DNA of 32,000 nucleotides, taken from NCBI RefSeq assembly GCF_019798055.1, contig NZ_JAHOPH010000006.1, positions 133,097-165,096 on the forward strand, in the 5' to 3' direction. The notes beneath the pieces were generated by a model. The model did not search any database and was not told the origin of the DNA. It saw nothing but the letters and a program-made list of their open reading frames with translations. Shown in pieces: positions 8,778 through 18,077 of the stretch; position 1 is the first letter of the stretch; each line of letters starts with the position of its first letter. Source of the stretch: Salsipaludibacter albus. Its GTDB lineage: Bacteria; Actinomycetota; Nitriliruptoria; Nitriliruptorales; Nitriliruptoraceae. The position numbers were made by a program, and so were the translations under genes.

Positions 8778-9545
8778 ATGACCCGTCGACACTTCCTGTT
8801 GGACATGGACGGCGTCCTGGTGCGGGGTGCGACTCCCGTTCCCGGGGCCGCCGAGTTCCTCGCACGCCTGGACGCCGCCGGCAGGCGCTACCTCGTGCTG
8901 ACCAACAACCCGCTGTACACGCCCCAGGACCTGTCGCACCGGCTGCGCACCGGGGGGTTCGACGTCCCGGCCGACCGGATCTTCACGTCGGCGATGGCGA
9001 CCGCCCGCTTCCTGGCCGACCAGCGTCCGGGTGGCAAGGCCTTCGTGATCGGCGACTCGGGCCTGACCACCGCCCTGCACCAGGCCGGCTACGTCATCAC
9101 CGACATCGAGCCCGACTACGTCGTGCTCGGCGAGTCGCACGAGATGACCTTCTCGTCGGTGTCCACCGCCGTCCAGCTGCTGGTCGACGGGGCCCTGTTC
9201 GTCGCCACGAACCCCGACACCGCCGGGCCGACCGAGCGGGGGATCGTGCCCGCGGCGGGTGCCGTCGCCGCGATGATCAGTGCCGCCACCGGCGTGTCGC
9301 CCTACGTGGTCGGCAAGCCCAACCCGTTCATGTTCCGGGCCGCGCTCAACCACCTCGACGTGCACTCCGAGGACACCTACATGGTCGGGGACAACCTCCT
9401 GACCGACATCAAGGGTGGGCTCGAGGCCGGCATGGAGACCGTGCTGGTCATGAGTGGCATGACCGGGCCCGACGACGCGCTGGCACGCTCTCCCTACCAA
9501 CCACACCACGTCGTCGAGTCCGTGGCCGAGATCGAGCTCGGCTGA
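8778..9545 (+). CDS. HAD-superfamily IIA hydrolase (NagD-like phosphatase)
   Basis: [54 protein letters not shown]; start ATG 8778. Confidence 0.88.
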   Translation: MTRRHFLLDMDGVLVRGATPVPGAAEFLARLDAAGRRYLVLTNNPLYTPQDLSHRLRTGGFDVPADRIFTSAMATARFLADQRPGGKAFVIGDSGLTTALHQAGYVITDIEPDYVVLGESHEMTFSSVSTAVQLLVDGALFVATNPDTAGPTERGIVPAAGAVAAMISAATGVSPYVVGKPNPFMFRAALNHLDVHSEDTYMVGDNLLTDIKGGLEAGMETVLVMSGMTGPDDALARSPYQPHHVVESVAEIELG

Positions 9546-9570
9546 CGACCGGCGTGGGGCGAGGACATCC

Positions 9571-10626
9571 GTGAGCCTGCCACCGACCGAGGACGTGCCC
9601 GACCAGCCCGGGCCCGGCTGGCCCGGCATCCCCCGGGACGGTGTCGAGCTGGCGCTGGTCACGCGGTCGGGGTTCGTGGAGTCCCGCCACCACGGCCACG
9701 CCGTGGTCACCGCGCCGGACGGGCACGTGGTGACGGCGCTCGGGCAGGCCGACGCCACCATGGACCCACGGTCGTCGCTCAAGCCACTCCAGGCCGCGGG
9801 CTGCCTGCTCGTGGGCGCCGACCTGCACGGCCCGGCCCTGGCGATCGGGGCCGGCAGCCACCGGGGCCATCCCGACCACCTCGACCTGGTCGCGGAGGTG
9901 CTGGCAGCGAGTGGGCTGGACGAGGACGACCTGCAGTGTCCCCCGGCCCTGCCGTCCGAGCCGTGGGCCTCCGAGGACCTCCTGCGCGCGGGGGGCGGGC
10001 CTCGACGTCTCGCGATGAACTGCTCCGGCAAGCACGCGGCGATGCTGACCGCCTGCCGGGCCGGCGACCTCGACCGTGCCACCCATCTCGAGCCCGACCA
10101 CCCGCTCCAGCAGCGCATCCGCGGCGTCGTCGAGCAGGTCACCGGCGTCACGGCGGGCACGGTCGGGATCGACGGGTGTGGCGCGCCGCTGTTCGCCACG
10201 AGCCTGGTCGGCCTGGCACGCGCGATCGGACGCGTGGGGGCGGCCGGCGCGGGCGAACCCGGCCCCACCGCGGGTCTCCACGAGGAGGTCGTCGATGCCC
10301 TGGGACGGGTCGCCCGGGCCATGCGTGCCCATCCGTGGGCCGTCGCGGGCATCGGCGCGGACGACACGATGGTCATGGAACAGCTCGACGGCGTGGTGGC
10401 CAAGGGTGGGGCGGAGGGCGTGCTGGCGCTGGGCACTGCCGACGGATTCGGCGTGGCGGTCAAGATCGCGGACGGGTCGAGCCGGGCCACCGTGCCCGTG
10501 GGGCTGGCACTGTTGACGGCGGCGGGCATCGACGCGACCGACCTCGCCGACGCGCTGGCGCCCCGGACCCTGGGAGGTGGCCTGCCGGTCGGCCGGGTCC
10601 ACGCCGCGCCCGGCGTGACGGCCTGA
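9571..10626 (+). CDS. Asparaginase II family protein
   Basis: VTRSGFVESRHHGHAVV, RSSLKPLQA, NCSGKHAAMLTACR, GIDGCGAPLFATSL, KGGAEGV: matches the thermolabile (R. etli-type) asparaginase family. Confidence 0.88.
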   Translation: MSLPPTEDVPDQPGPGWPGIPRDGVELALVTRSGFVESRHHGHAVVTAPDGHVVTALGQADATMDPRSSLKPLQAAGCLLVGADLHGPALAIGAGSHRGHPDHLDLVAEVLAASGLDEDDLQCPPALPSEPWASEDLLRAGGGPRRLAMNCSGKHAAMLTACRAGDLDRATHLEPDHPLQQRIRGVVEQVTGVTAGTVGIDGCGAPLFATSLVGLARAIGRVGAAGAGEPGPTAGLHEEVVDALGRVARAMRAHPWAVAGIGADDTMVMEQLDGVVAKGGAEGVLALGTADGFGVAVKIADGSSRATVPVGLALLTAAGIDATDLADALAPRTLGGGLPVGRVHAAPGVTA

Positions 10627-11693
10627 TGCGTCGTACCTGGGTGTCGGTGACCCTGACCGTCCTCGCAGCGCTGGCGACCCTGCTCGCGACCGTGGGCTGG
10701 TGGGTGCACGCCACGTTGCTCGACACGGACCGGTTCATGGCGTTGGTCGACCCGATCGTGACGTCACCGGCGACCGGCGAGGCCGTCGGGGACCGGGTCA
10801 CCGACGAGCTCTTCACGGCCCTGGACCTGGAGGAGCGGGTCGCGACCTCACTGGGCGAGGTCGACGCCTGGTTGCGCTCCGGGATCGCCGACCTGCTCGA
10901 CCTCGACCCGGAGGGACCGGTCGCCCAGCGGCTCCCCGACGGGCCCGAACTGGCCGCGCTGACACCCGCGCTGGTCGCGGCCGCTCGGGAACGGGTCTCG
11001 GACCGGGTCACGCTCGCGGTCGAGCGTCCGCGCTTCCGGTCGGCGCTGGAGCAGTCGGTGCGCTCGGCCCACGTGGCCACCGTGGCCGTGCTGCGCGAGG
11101 ACCAGGCGGCCCTCCCCGAGGCGGTGGTCGTCGACGGCGACGTCACCCTGGACCTGCGACCCCTGGTGGAGACGGCCCTGGCACCGGTGGTGCGCGACAC
11201 GGCCGACCTGCTCGGACTCGAGCCCGGGTCGATCCCCGACGACCTGCGGCTGGACGACCTGGCCGCGCGACTTGGCGTCGAGGTGGACCCGGACGTCGCG
11301 ACGATCGTGCTGGTGGAGGAGGAGCAGCTCGCTCCCTGGCGGGGCGCCGTGTCGACCTTCGACCGGCTGGTCTGGGTCCTGGTCGCCGTGGCCGTCCTGC
11401 TCGCCGCCGCGGCCCTGTGGACTGCCCCCCGACGCTCCCGGGCGACGCTGTGGCTGGGCCTGGCCGTGGCCGTCGCGCTGGCCGCCACCTTCCCACTCCT
11501 GGCGGTCCTCTCCGACGTGCTGCTGGGTCGGCTGGCCGGTGCCGGGGCTCGGGACACGCTCGCCGCAGTGCTCGCCGCCGCCACGTCCGACCTGCGGTGG
11601 GCGGCCGGCATCATCATCGTCGCCGCCCTGCTCGTGGCGGGTGCAGCGCTGGTGGTCGGCCGTCGCGAGGAGGACGTGCCGGCCGTCGCCTGA
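10626..11693 (+). CDS. Conserved membrane protein, N-terminal TM and three C-terminal TM helices with large extracytoplasmic region
   Basis: TGATG stop/start overlap with asparaginase gene; MRRTWVSVTLTVLAALATLLATVGWWVHATLLDTDRFMALVDPIV... and hydrophobic segments WVLVAVAVLLAAAALW, LGLAVAVALAATFPLLAVLSDV, GIIIVAALLVAGAALVV. Confidence 0.8.
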   Translation: MRRTWVSVTLTVLAALATLLATVGWWVHATLLDTDRFMALVDPIVTSPATGEAVGDRVTDELFTALDLEERVATSLGEVDAWLRSGIADLLDLDPEGPVAQRLPDGPELAALTPALVAAARERVSDRVTLAVERPRFRSALEQSVRSAHVATVAVLREDQAALPEAVVVDGDVTLDLRPLVETALAPVVRDTADLLGLEPGSIPDDLRLDDLAARLGVEVDPDVATIVLVEEEQLAPWRGAVSTFDRLVWVLVAVAVLLAAAALWTAPRRSRATLWLGLAVAVALAATFPLLAVLSDVLLGRLAGAGARDTLAAVLAAATSDLRWAAGIIIVAALLVAGAALVVGRREEDVPAVA

Positions 11694-11734
11694 GCCCCGC
11701 TGGGCCGGGCGGGGCCGGCGCCCGAGTGGCGTGG

Positions 11735-12016
11735 TCAGCGCGGGAAGGGTTCGGGACGGTCGGGCTCCGGCTGTGGGTCCGGGGTCGGGACCGGGTCCGG
11801 CACGGGCTGGGGATCGGGCACGGGCGTCGGGGTCGGGTCGGGCATGGGGTCCGGATCCGGGGTCGGCATCGGATCGGGAGTCGGCATCGGGTCCGGTGAC
11901 GGCATCGGGTCCGGAACCGGGTTGGGCATGGGATCCGGGACCGGGTTGGGCATCGGGCCGGGCGTCGGCGCCGGCGGCTGCGGAGTCGCGGTGGTCTGCG
12001 GGTGCGGGGTGGCCAT
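11735..12016 (-). CDS. Small Pro/Asp-rich repeat protein (93 aa), hypothetical
   Basis: ATG at 12016 preceded by GAGGAG Shine-Dalgarno with 7-nt spacer (GAGGAGTGGATCCATG); MATPHPQTTATPQPPAPTPGPMPNPVPDPMPNPVPDPMPSPDPMPTPDP... The supplied track labels it '+', but the stop TCA at 11735-11737 and CAT at 12014-12016 place it on the minus strand. Confidence 0.5.
   Translation of the reverse strand: MATPHPQTTATPQPPAPTPGPMPNPVPDPMPNPVPDPMPSPDPMPTPDPMPTPDPDPMPDPTPTPVPDPQPVPDPVPTPDPQPEPDRPEPFPR
11790..11990. repeat. Degenerate short tandem repeat array (units of about 18-24 bp) inside the PD-rich ORF
   Basis: + strand reads GGGTCCGGAACCGGGTTGGGCATG / GGATCCGGGACCGGGTTGGGCATC and GGGGTCGGCATC / GGGAGTCGGCATC. 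Confidence 0.65.
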
Positions 12017-12111
12017 GGATCCACTCCTCGTCGGGGTGCACCATCGTCGGGGGGGACGTCACCGTTCGCCACGGCCGTTCGACACCCCGGCCCACCGGCG
12101 CCCACCGGGCC

Positions 12112-15012
12112 TCAGCGCGGACGCAGCACCTCGGCCAGGTGACGGGCCCGTCGCGAGCCCAGGGCCGCGACCTGGGTCCGACAGGAGAACCCGTCCGCCA
12201 GCACGACGGCGTCGCGCGGCGCGGCCTCGAGCGCCGGGAGGAGTTGCAGGCCGGCGACCTCCAAGGACAGGTCGTGGTGGCCCTGCTCCATCCCCCAGTT
12301 GCCGGCCAGTCCGCAGCACCCACCGACCACCACCAGGTCCGCCCCGGTGGCCGCCAGGAGGGCCCGGTCCGCCGCGAAGCCCATCACGGCGTGGTGGTGG
12401 CAGTGTGGCTGCACGACCAGGGTGCGACCGTCCAGCCGTGGTGGCGTCCAGTCCGGACGCCGCGCGGCGAGCACCTCCGCCAGCGTCCGCGCCCGGGCCG
12501 CCACGCTCCGGGCGGCGTCGTCGCCCTCGAGGAGGTCGACGAGGTCGTCGCGCAGCACGGCGACGCAGGACGGCTCGACACCGACGATCGGCGCGTCACC
12601 GCCGCCGTGGCGGGACAGGACCTCGACCGTGGACCGCAGCCGGATGCGCGCCTCGTCGAGTTGGCCCGTGCTGATCCAGGTCAGCCCACAACAGGCGTCG
12701 TCGGTGACGACCTCGACCTCGTGGCCAGCGGCCACCAGCACCTCCAGGGTCGCGACGGCGGCCTCCGGGGCGAAGTGGTCGGTGAACGAGTCGACCCACA
12801 GGACGACCGGGCCAGCGCCGGGGACCGTGCTCGCGGCGCGACGCACCTCCGGCCGCACCAGTGGTCCACCTGCCGCCCGTCGCCGGGCCAGGCTCTCGCG
12901 GAAGGTGGTCGACGCGAACGACGGGAGCGCCCGACGGGGGTCGATGCCGGCGACCCGACGTGCCACCGACGACACCATCGGCAGGTCCAGGACCGCGTTG
13001 GCCACGCCCGGTGCCAGCGCCGCGAGGTCGGACCATCGTGGCAGCGCACCCAGCAGGTGGTGGCTGCGCGGTCGTCGTCCCTCGCGGTGGCGGCGGTGCA
13101 GCACCTCGGCCTTCAGGCGGGCCATGTCGACGCCGGTCGGGCAGTCCGACGCGCAGCCCTTGCAGGCCAGGCACAGGTCGAGCGCCTCGTCCACCTCGGG
13201 GCTGGCCCATCCCCCGGTGACCACCTCGCCGCGGAGCATCTCCTGGAGGACGTGGGCCCGCCCACGGGTCGAGTCGAGCTCGCGACCGGTCGCCTGCCAG
13301 GACGGACACATGACCGTCCCGGTGCCCGCCCGGTCCGCGACGCAGGCACCGACCCCCGTGCAGCGGTGCGCCGCCGCGGTGACGTCACCACCGTCGGCCG
13401 TGAAGGCGAAGCCGTCGGTCGCCGGCACGGGCGCGGCGCCATCGGCACGCAGGTCCGCCGTCAGCCGCGCCGGGGTCGCCAGCACCCCGGGGTTGAGCAG
13501 GCCCTCGGGGTCGAACGCGTGCTTGAAGGCGGTCATGGCGGCCAGCGCGTCCGGCGAGTACATCCTGGCCAGCAGGTCACTGCGGGCACGACCGTCGCCG
13601 TGCTCACCGGACAGCGAGCCACCGTGGGCGACGGCCAGGTCGGCGGCGCGCCGGACGAACCGGGCGTACAGATCCAGACCGTCCGGCTCGCGCAGGGGGA
13701 AGTCCAGCCGCACGTGCACGCAGCCCTCGCCCATGTGCCCGTAGGGCAACCCGGTGAGCCCGAACTCGTCGAGCAGATCGTCGAAGGCCCGCAGGTAGTC
13801 GCCCAGCCCCTCCGGGGGCACCGCTGCGTCCTCCCACCCGGCATGGGCGGGACGGCCCGACGGTGCCACCGCGGCCAGGCCGGCACCGTCCTCGCGAATC
13901 CGCCAGATCCGCGCCACCTGCACCGGGTCGTTCACCACGACTGCCGGTCCTCCCGCCGCAGCGACCAGGCGCCGGGCGCGGTCGTCGACCTCGCCGAGGT
14001 CGTCGCCGGCCAGCTCGACCAGCAGCCAGGCACCGCCCGCCGGGAGCGGCGGGACCGACTCGGGACCACGGCGTCGTCGCAGTGCGTCGGTGATGCGGGT
14101 GTCGAGCCCCTCGACCGCGACCGGGTCGAAGTCCAGCACGTCGACGACCGTGTCGGCCGCGCTCGGCATGTCCGGGTGCCCCACGACCACCAGGCGCGTG
14201 TGGTCGGGTGCCGCGACCAGCTCGACCTCGGCGGCCACGACGATCCCGAGCGTGCCCTCGCTGCCCACGAACGCCCTGGCCAGGTGTGGTCCGCCGTCCC
14301 CGAGCAGGTGCTGCAACCCGTAGCCCGACGCCTGGCGGGTGAAACGGCCGAACTCGTCGGCGATGACGTCGCCGTGGCGATCGCGCAGGGCCACCACGTC
14401 GTCCACCAGCCGCGCTGCCCGGGCCGCCGACCCCGCACCGTCGCCGGTGGCCGCGTCGGCCCCACGCCCCAGTCGCACCCGGGTCCCGTCGGCCAGCACG
14501 ACGTCCAGGGTGACGACCTGGTCGACGGTGCGTCCGTAGCCCAGCGCCCGGGACCCGCACGCGTTGTTGCCGATCATCCCGCCCAGCGTGGCGCGGTCGT
14601 GGCTGGACGGGTCCGGTCCGAACCGCAGGCCGTGGGGTGCGGCAGCCCGCTGCAGGTGGTCCAGGACCACCCCCGGCTCAACGATCGCGCGCCCGCCGCC
14701 GTCCGCGGTCGAGGTGACGTCGACGATGTCGTCCAGGTGGCGGGAGCAGTCCAGGACCACGCCGGCACCGACCGCATTGCCGGCGATGCTGGTGCCCGCC
14801 CCCCGACCCGTGAGCGGGACCCCCAGCTCGCGACAGGTCTGCACGGTCGCGACCACGTCGTCGGCGTCCCGTGGGGCCACGACCACCCGGGGCACCACGC
14901 GGTACAGCGAGGCATCGGCGGCGTGGGTCGCCCGGGTGGCCGGGGAGCCGTCCACGTCGGCCACGCCGGCCCGGCGCAGCCGGTCGGCGAGCTCGGTCGG
15001 TGGTGGGGTCAC
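12112..15012 (-). CDS. FAD-binding and (Fe-S)-binding oxidoreductase (D-lactate/glycolate dehydrogenase-like; FAD_binding_4 + FAD oxidase C + [4Fe-4S] + CCG domains)
   Basis: PLTGRGAGTSIAGNAVGAGVVLDCSR; GMIGNNACGSRALGYGRT; GEHGDGRARSDLL; CTGVGAC...MCPSW and CLACKGCASDCPTG cluster motifs; CCG-like motifs DACCGL and GGCCGLAGNWG. GTG start 15012 overlaps upstream stop. Confidence 0.9.
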   Translation of the reverse strand: MTPPPTELADRLRRAGVADVDGSPATRATHAADASLYRVVPRVVVAPRDADDVVATVQTCRELGVPLTGRGAGTSIAGNAVGAGVVLDCSRHLDDIVDVTSTADGGGRAIVEPGVVLDHLQRAAAPHGLRFGPDPSSHDRATLGGMIGNNACGSRALGYGRTVDQVVTLDVVLADGTRVRLGRGADAATGDGAGSAARAARLVDDVVALRDRHGDVIADEFGRFTRQASGYGLQHLLGDGGPHLARAFVGSEGTLGIVVAAEVELVAAPDHTRLVVVGHPDMPSAADTVVDVLDFDPVAVEGLDTRITDALRRRRGPESVPPLPAGGAWLLVELAGDDLGEVDDRARRLVAAAGGPAVVVNDPVQVARIWRIREDGAGLAAVAPSGRPAHAGWEDAAVPPEGLGDYLRAFDDLLDEFGLTGLPYGHMGEGCVHVRLDFPLREPDGLDLYARFVRRAADLAVAHGGSLSGEHGDGRARSDLLARMYSPDALAAMTAFKHAFDPEGLLNPGVLATPARLTADLRADGAAPVPATDGFAFTADGGDVTAAAHRCTGVGACVADRAGTGTVMCPSWQATGRELDSTRGRAHVLQEMLRGEVVTGGWASPEVDEALDLCLACKGCASDCPTGVDMARLKAEVLHRRHREGRRPRSHHLLGALPRWSDLAALAPGVANAVLDLPMVSSVARRVAGIDPRRALPSFASTTFRESLARRRAAGGPLVRPEVRRAASTVPGAGPVVLWVDSFTDHFAPEAAVATLEVLVAAGHEVEVVTDDACCGLTWISTGQLDEARIRLRSTVEVLSRHGGGDAPIVGVEPSCVAVLRDDLVDLLEGDDAARSVAARARTLAEVLAARRPDWTPPRLDGRTLVVQPHCHHHAVMGFAADRALLAATGADLVVVGGCCGLAGNWGMEQGHHDLSLEVAGLQLLPALEAAPRDAVVLADGFSCRTQVAALGSRRARHLAEVLRPR

Positions 15013-15560
15013 TGGTCGCAGATCCCGCCGGGTTCCCGACGGCCACCACAGGTGTCCCCGAACTCCTCGTACTCCGACCCGAACGGGGCCTGGAAGTACA
15101 GGTCGTCGCAGGCGCCCATGTCGCCGCCCTCGCAGTCGTCCCACAGGCCGTCCAGCACCGGGTCGTCGCCGTAGGAGGCCGACCCGTCGAACTCGATGGT
15201 CCCGCCCTCGTCGATGTCGAAGTTCACCTCGGCGTCGCCGACCGATCGGAACAGCACGAACAACCCGATCGCCCCGAGCGCCATCAGCACCACGAACACC
15301 AGGGCGACGACGAGCACCACTCGCCCACAGCCGGAATTGCCCGACCCGGATCCGGCCGCCGGAGTCGCGCCGGCCGACAGGTCGGGCGCGGGGGGCGGGG
15401 TCCCCGGGCCGGGTCGAGTCGTGCCGGCGGTGGCGGGACCGGTGGTCGGGGGAGGGGTCACGGGCCAGTCCCAGCCGGCCACGGCCCCGCAGTGGGGGCA
15501 GGCGCCCTCGGCGGGCCGCAGTCGGCCGCACTCGCCACAGGTGTGCGCACCCTCGTCCAT
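15009..15560 (-). CDS. Zinc-ribbon, single-TM protein with Asp/Glu-rich extracytoplasmic domain (unknown function)
   Basis: CGECGRLRPAEGACPHCG ribbon, TM VVLVVALVFVVLMALGAIGLFVLF, C-terminal GACDDLYFQAPFGSEYEEFGDTCGG module; overlaps downstream gene by 4 bp (GTGA). Confidence 0.75.
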   Translation of the reverse strand: MDEGAHTCGECGRLRPAEGACPHCGAVAGWDWPVTPPPTTGPATAGTTRPGPGTPPPAPDLSAGATPAAGSGSGNSGCGRVVLVVALVFVVLMALGAIGLFVLFRSVGDAEVNFDIDEGGTIEFDGSASYGDDPVLDGLWDDCEGGDMGACDDLYFQAPFGSEYEEFGDTCGGRREPGGICDQ

Positions 15561-15712
15561 GGTCGGCTCCTCGACATCGGTGGCCGTGAGGATCGGCGCC
15601 CGGCTCCCCGACGACGCCCCTGCGGGACTCTAGGACGACTGCCCGGATCCCGCCCGGCGCCGACCGGGCAGGCAGTACCGTCGGCGGCCCGATCCGGCTC
15701 ACGGGAGGCCCC

Positions 15713-16909
15713 ATGGACCACGACGACATCGCCGTGCGCGAGCGCCTCGACGAGGCAGTCGACCGCCTGGTGGCCGAGCACCCGCCCGCGTCGACGTCCT
15801 CCGAGGAGTTCTGGGGGGCCCAGTACGACGCCGGGCTGGCCTGGGTGCACCACCCCGAGGGCAAGGGTGGGCTCGGCGTGTCACCGCGGTGGCTGCCGCA
15901 CGTGCGTGAACGACTGCACGCCGCGGGTGCCGACCAGGACAACATCCGGATGAACATCATCGGGATCGGCATGGGTGCCGGCACCCTGGTCGCCCACGCC
16001 CCGGAGTCCATGCAGGACCGGATGCTGCGCCCGATGTTCACCATGGAGGAGATCTGGTGCCAGCTGTTCTCCGAGCCCGGTGCCGGATCGGACCTGGCCA
16101 ACCTGTCCACCTCGGCCGTCCCCGAAGGTGACCAGTGGGTCGTCAACGGCCAGAAGGTGTGGACGACCCTCGCCCACATCTCCCGCTGGGGGATGCTCGT
16201 GACCCGCACGGACCCGTCCGCGCCCAAGCATCGTGGTCTGACCTACTTCATCCTGGACATGGAGGCCCCGGGCGTCGAGGTCCGCCCGCTCCACCAGATC
16301 ACCGCCGAGGCCGAGTTCAACGAGGTCTACCTCGACGACGTCCACGTCGACGACGACATGCGCCTGGGCGAGGTGGGCGGGGGCTGGTCGGTTTCGATGA
16401 CCACGCTCATGAACGAGCGGGTCGCCATCGGGGGCGGCGTGCCACCCCGTGGGTCCGGATCGATCGCCACCGCCCTGCAGGTGTGGGAGGAGCGTGGCCA
16501 CGACGACCCGGTGCTGCGTGACCGGCTGACCGAGCTGTGGATCGAGGCCGAGGCCCTGCGGCTGACCTCGCAACGCGCTGCCGACGCCCGCACCGCCGGC
16601 ACCCCCGGGCCGGAGGGCTCCACCTCCAAGCTCCACTGGGCCGAGCTCAACAAGGACCTCACCAGCTTCACGATGGAACTGCTCGAGGGGGACGGGATGC
16701 TGTACCCGGGTGGCTACGAGCTGCACGCCCCGACCAGCCGGGCGGAACGCGAGTCCACGCCGCAGAAGGCGTTCCTGCGGGCCCGGGCGAACTCGATCGA
16801 GGGCGGCACCTCCCAGATCATGAAGAACATCCTCGGCGAGCGGGTGCTGGGCCTGCCCGGCGAGCCGCGCGTCGACAAGGACCTGCCGTGGAAGGACGTG
16901 GCCCGGTGA
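15713..16909 (+). CDS. Acyl-CoA dehydrogenase family protein
   Basis: MFTMEEIWCQLFSEPGAGSDLANLSTSAV, WVVNGQKVWTTLAH, FMKNILGERVLGLP-like C-terminus (MKNILGERVLGLPGEPR). Confidence 0.92.
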   Translation: MDHDDIAVRERLDEAVDRLVAEHPPASTSSEEFWGAQYDAGLAWVHHPEGKGGLGVSPRWLPHVRERLHAAGADQDNIRMNIIGIGMGAGTLVAHAPESMQDRMLRPMFTMEEIWCQLFSEPGAGSDLANLSTSAVPEGDQWVVNGQKVWTTLAHISRWGMLVTRTDPSAPKHRGLTYFILDMEAPGVEVRPLHQITAEAEFNEVYLDDVHVDDDMRLGEVGGGWSVSMTTLMNERVAIGGGVPPRGSGSIATALQVWEERGHDDPVLRDRLTELWIEAEALRLTSQRAADARTAGTPGPEGSTSKLHWAELNKDLTSFTMELLEGDGMLYPGGYELHAPTSRAERESTPQKAFLRARANSIEGGTSQIMKNILGERVLGLPGEPRVDKDLPWKDVAR

Positions 16910-16958
16910 GCACGGACCCCACCTCCCTGCCACAGCCCTCCCTGCCGGAGCACACACC

Positions 16959-18053
16959 ATGACCGAGATCCAGTCCCTGACCCTGACCGAGGAGCAGCAG
17001 GCGCTGCGTGACATCGCCCGCACGTTCCTGGCCGATCGCCTCGGCCCCGACGTCGTGCGCGAACTCATGGCCGGTGAGGTCGGGTTCGACCCCGCACACT
17101 GGGCGGAGGTCGCCGGCATGGGGTGGCAGGCGATGGTCGTCCCCGAGGAGCATGGCGGAGCCGGCTACGGCTGGACCGAGCTCGCCGTCCTGTTCGAGGA
17201 GGCCGGGCGGGCGATCGCGCCGCTGCCCCTGCTGTCGACGGCGATGGGCACCGCCGTGCTCCTGTCCAGCGGCACCGACGCCCAGCGGGCCGAGCACCTG
17301 CCGGCCATCGCGGCCGGCGAGCGCCGCGTCGCGGTGGCGGTCGACGTTCCCGGCGCCGATGCCCAGCCGGCGCCGACCCTGCGGGACGGCCGCCTGGACG
17401 GGCGCGTCCGCCACGTGGTCGAGGGTGCCGCCGCGGACCTGGTCGTGGTGGCCACCCCGGACGCGGCTGTGCTGGTCGACCCGGCGGCCGACGGCGTCGA
17501 GGTCACCGCGATGGAGGTGCTCGACCTGACCCGGCCCCAGGCGGAGCTCAGCTTCGACGCCGTCGTGGTCGACGACGACGCCCACCTCGCAGGCAGTCCT
17601 GCCGAGGTCGTCGACCGGGCCCGGACCGTCGGCGCCACCCTCGTCGCCAACGAGCAGGTCGGCACCGCCGCAGCGGTCCACGAGATGGCGGTCGAGTACG
17701 CCCGGACCCGCACGCAGTTCGGGCGCGCCATCGGGTCCTTCCAGGCGATCAAGCACCTGCTTGCCGACGACCTCGTGGCGCTCGAGGCGGCCCGGTCGGT
17801 CGCCTGGCACGCGGCCCGAGCCCTCGCGGCCGACGACGCCGACGAGATCGCCGTCGCCACGCCGATGGCCGCCTCGTTGTGCAACGAGGTGGCGGCGAAG
17901 CTCGCCGCGGACACCATCCAGGTGCACGGGGGGATCGGCTTCACCTGGGAGCACGACGCGCACCTGTACTTCAAGCGTGCGTCGTCGTCCCGCCTCCTGT
18001 TCGGCACCCCCAAGGCCTGGCGCGCTCGCCTGGCCGACACCCTCGGCCTCTGA
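16959..18053 (+). CDS. Acyl-CoA dehydrogenase family protein (second, divergent)
   Basis: LTLTEEQQALRDIARTFLADRL, MVVPEEHGGAGYGWTELAVLFEEAGRA, RTQFGRAIGSFQAIKHLLAD, IQVHGGIGFTWEHDAHLYFKRA. Confidence 0.92.
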   Translation: MTEIQSLTLTEEQQALRDIARTFLADRLGPDVVRELMAGEVGFDPAHWAEVAGMGWQAMVVPEEHGGAGYGWTELAVLFEEAGRAIAPLPLLSTAMGTAVLLSSGTDAQRAEHLPAIAAGERRVAVAVDVPGADAQPAPTLRDGRLDGRVRHVVEGAAADLVVVATPDAAVLVDPAADGVEVTAMEVLDLTRPQAELSFDAVVVDDDAHLAGSPAEVVDRARTVGATLVANEQVGTAAAVHEMAVEYARTRTQFGRAIGSFQAIKHLLADDLVALEAARSVAWHAARALAADDADEIAVATPMAASLCNEVAAKLAADTIQVHGGIGFTWEHDAHLYFKRASSSRLLFGTPKAWRARLADTLGL

Positions 18054-18077
18054 CCACTCACGGCCCGACGACGAGGC

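Noticed and set aside
11790-11990. Possible CRISPR or intergenic repeat array
   Set aside because: Units are degenerate, have no uniform spacers, and are phased with codons of the PD-rich ORF.
11844-12674. Plus-strand ORF starting MGSGSGVGIGSGVGIG (glycine-rich repeat protein)
   Set aside because: It is antisense to the PD-rich ORF and to the dehydrogenase 3' end, then turns into Arg/Pro-rich shadow sequence; the minus strand has the better RBS.
11272-15174. 1300-aa ORF on the plus strand, and other very long ORFs (4379-7198 -, 8220-10709 -, 2496-3971 +, 26609-28555 -, 29910-31607 -)
   Set aside because: Each lies antisense to, or out of frame with, a gene whose protein motifs are clear. 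Their composition is Arg/Gly/Pro/His-rich without domains, as expected for shadow ORFs in high-GC DNA with few random stops.
15640-15670. TGCCCGG...CCGGGCA inverted repeat upstream of the first acyl-CoA dehydrogenase as an operator
   Set aside because: Arms are 7 bp of pure GC with a 17-nt loop in high-GC DNA; similar pairings are expected by chance.
12112-16227. 1371-aa minus-strand ORF as one giant protein
   Set aside because: Only the part from 15012 down has real domains. The upstream 400 residues overlap the zinc-ribbon gene and the acyl-CoA dehydrogenase in other frames.
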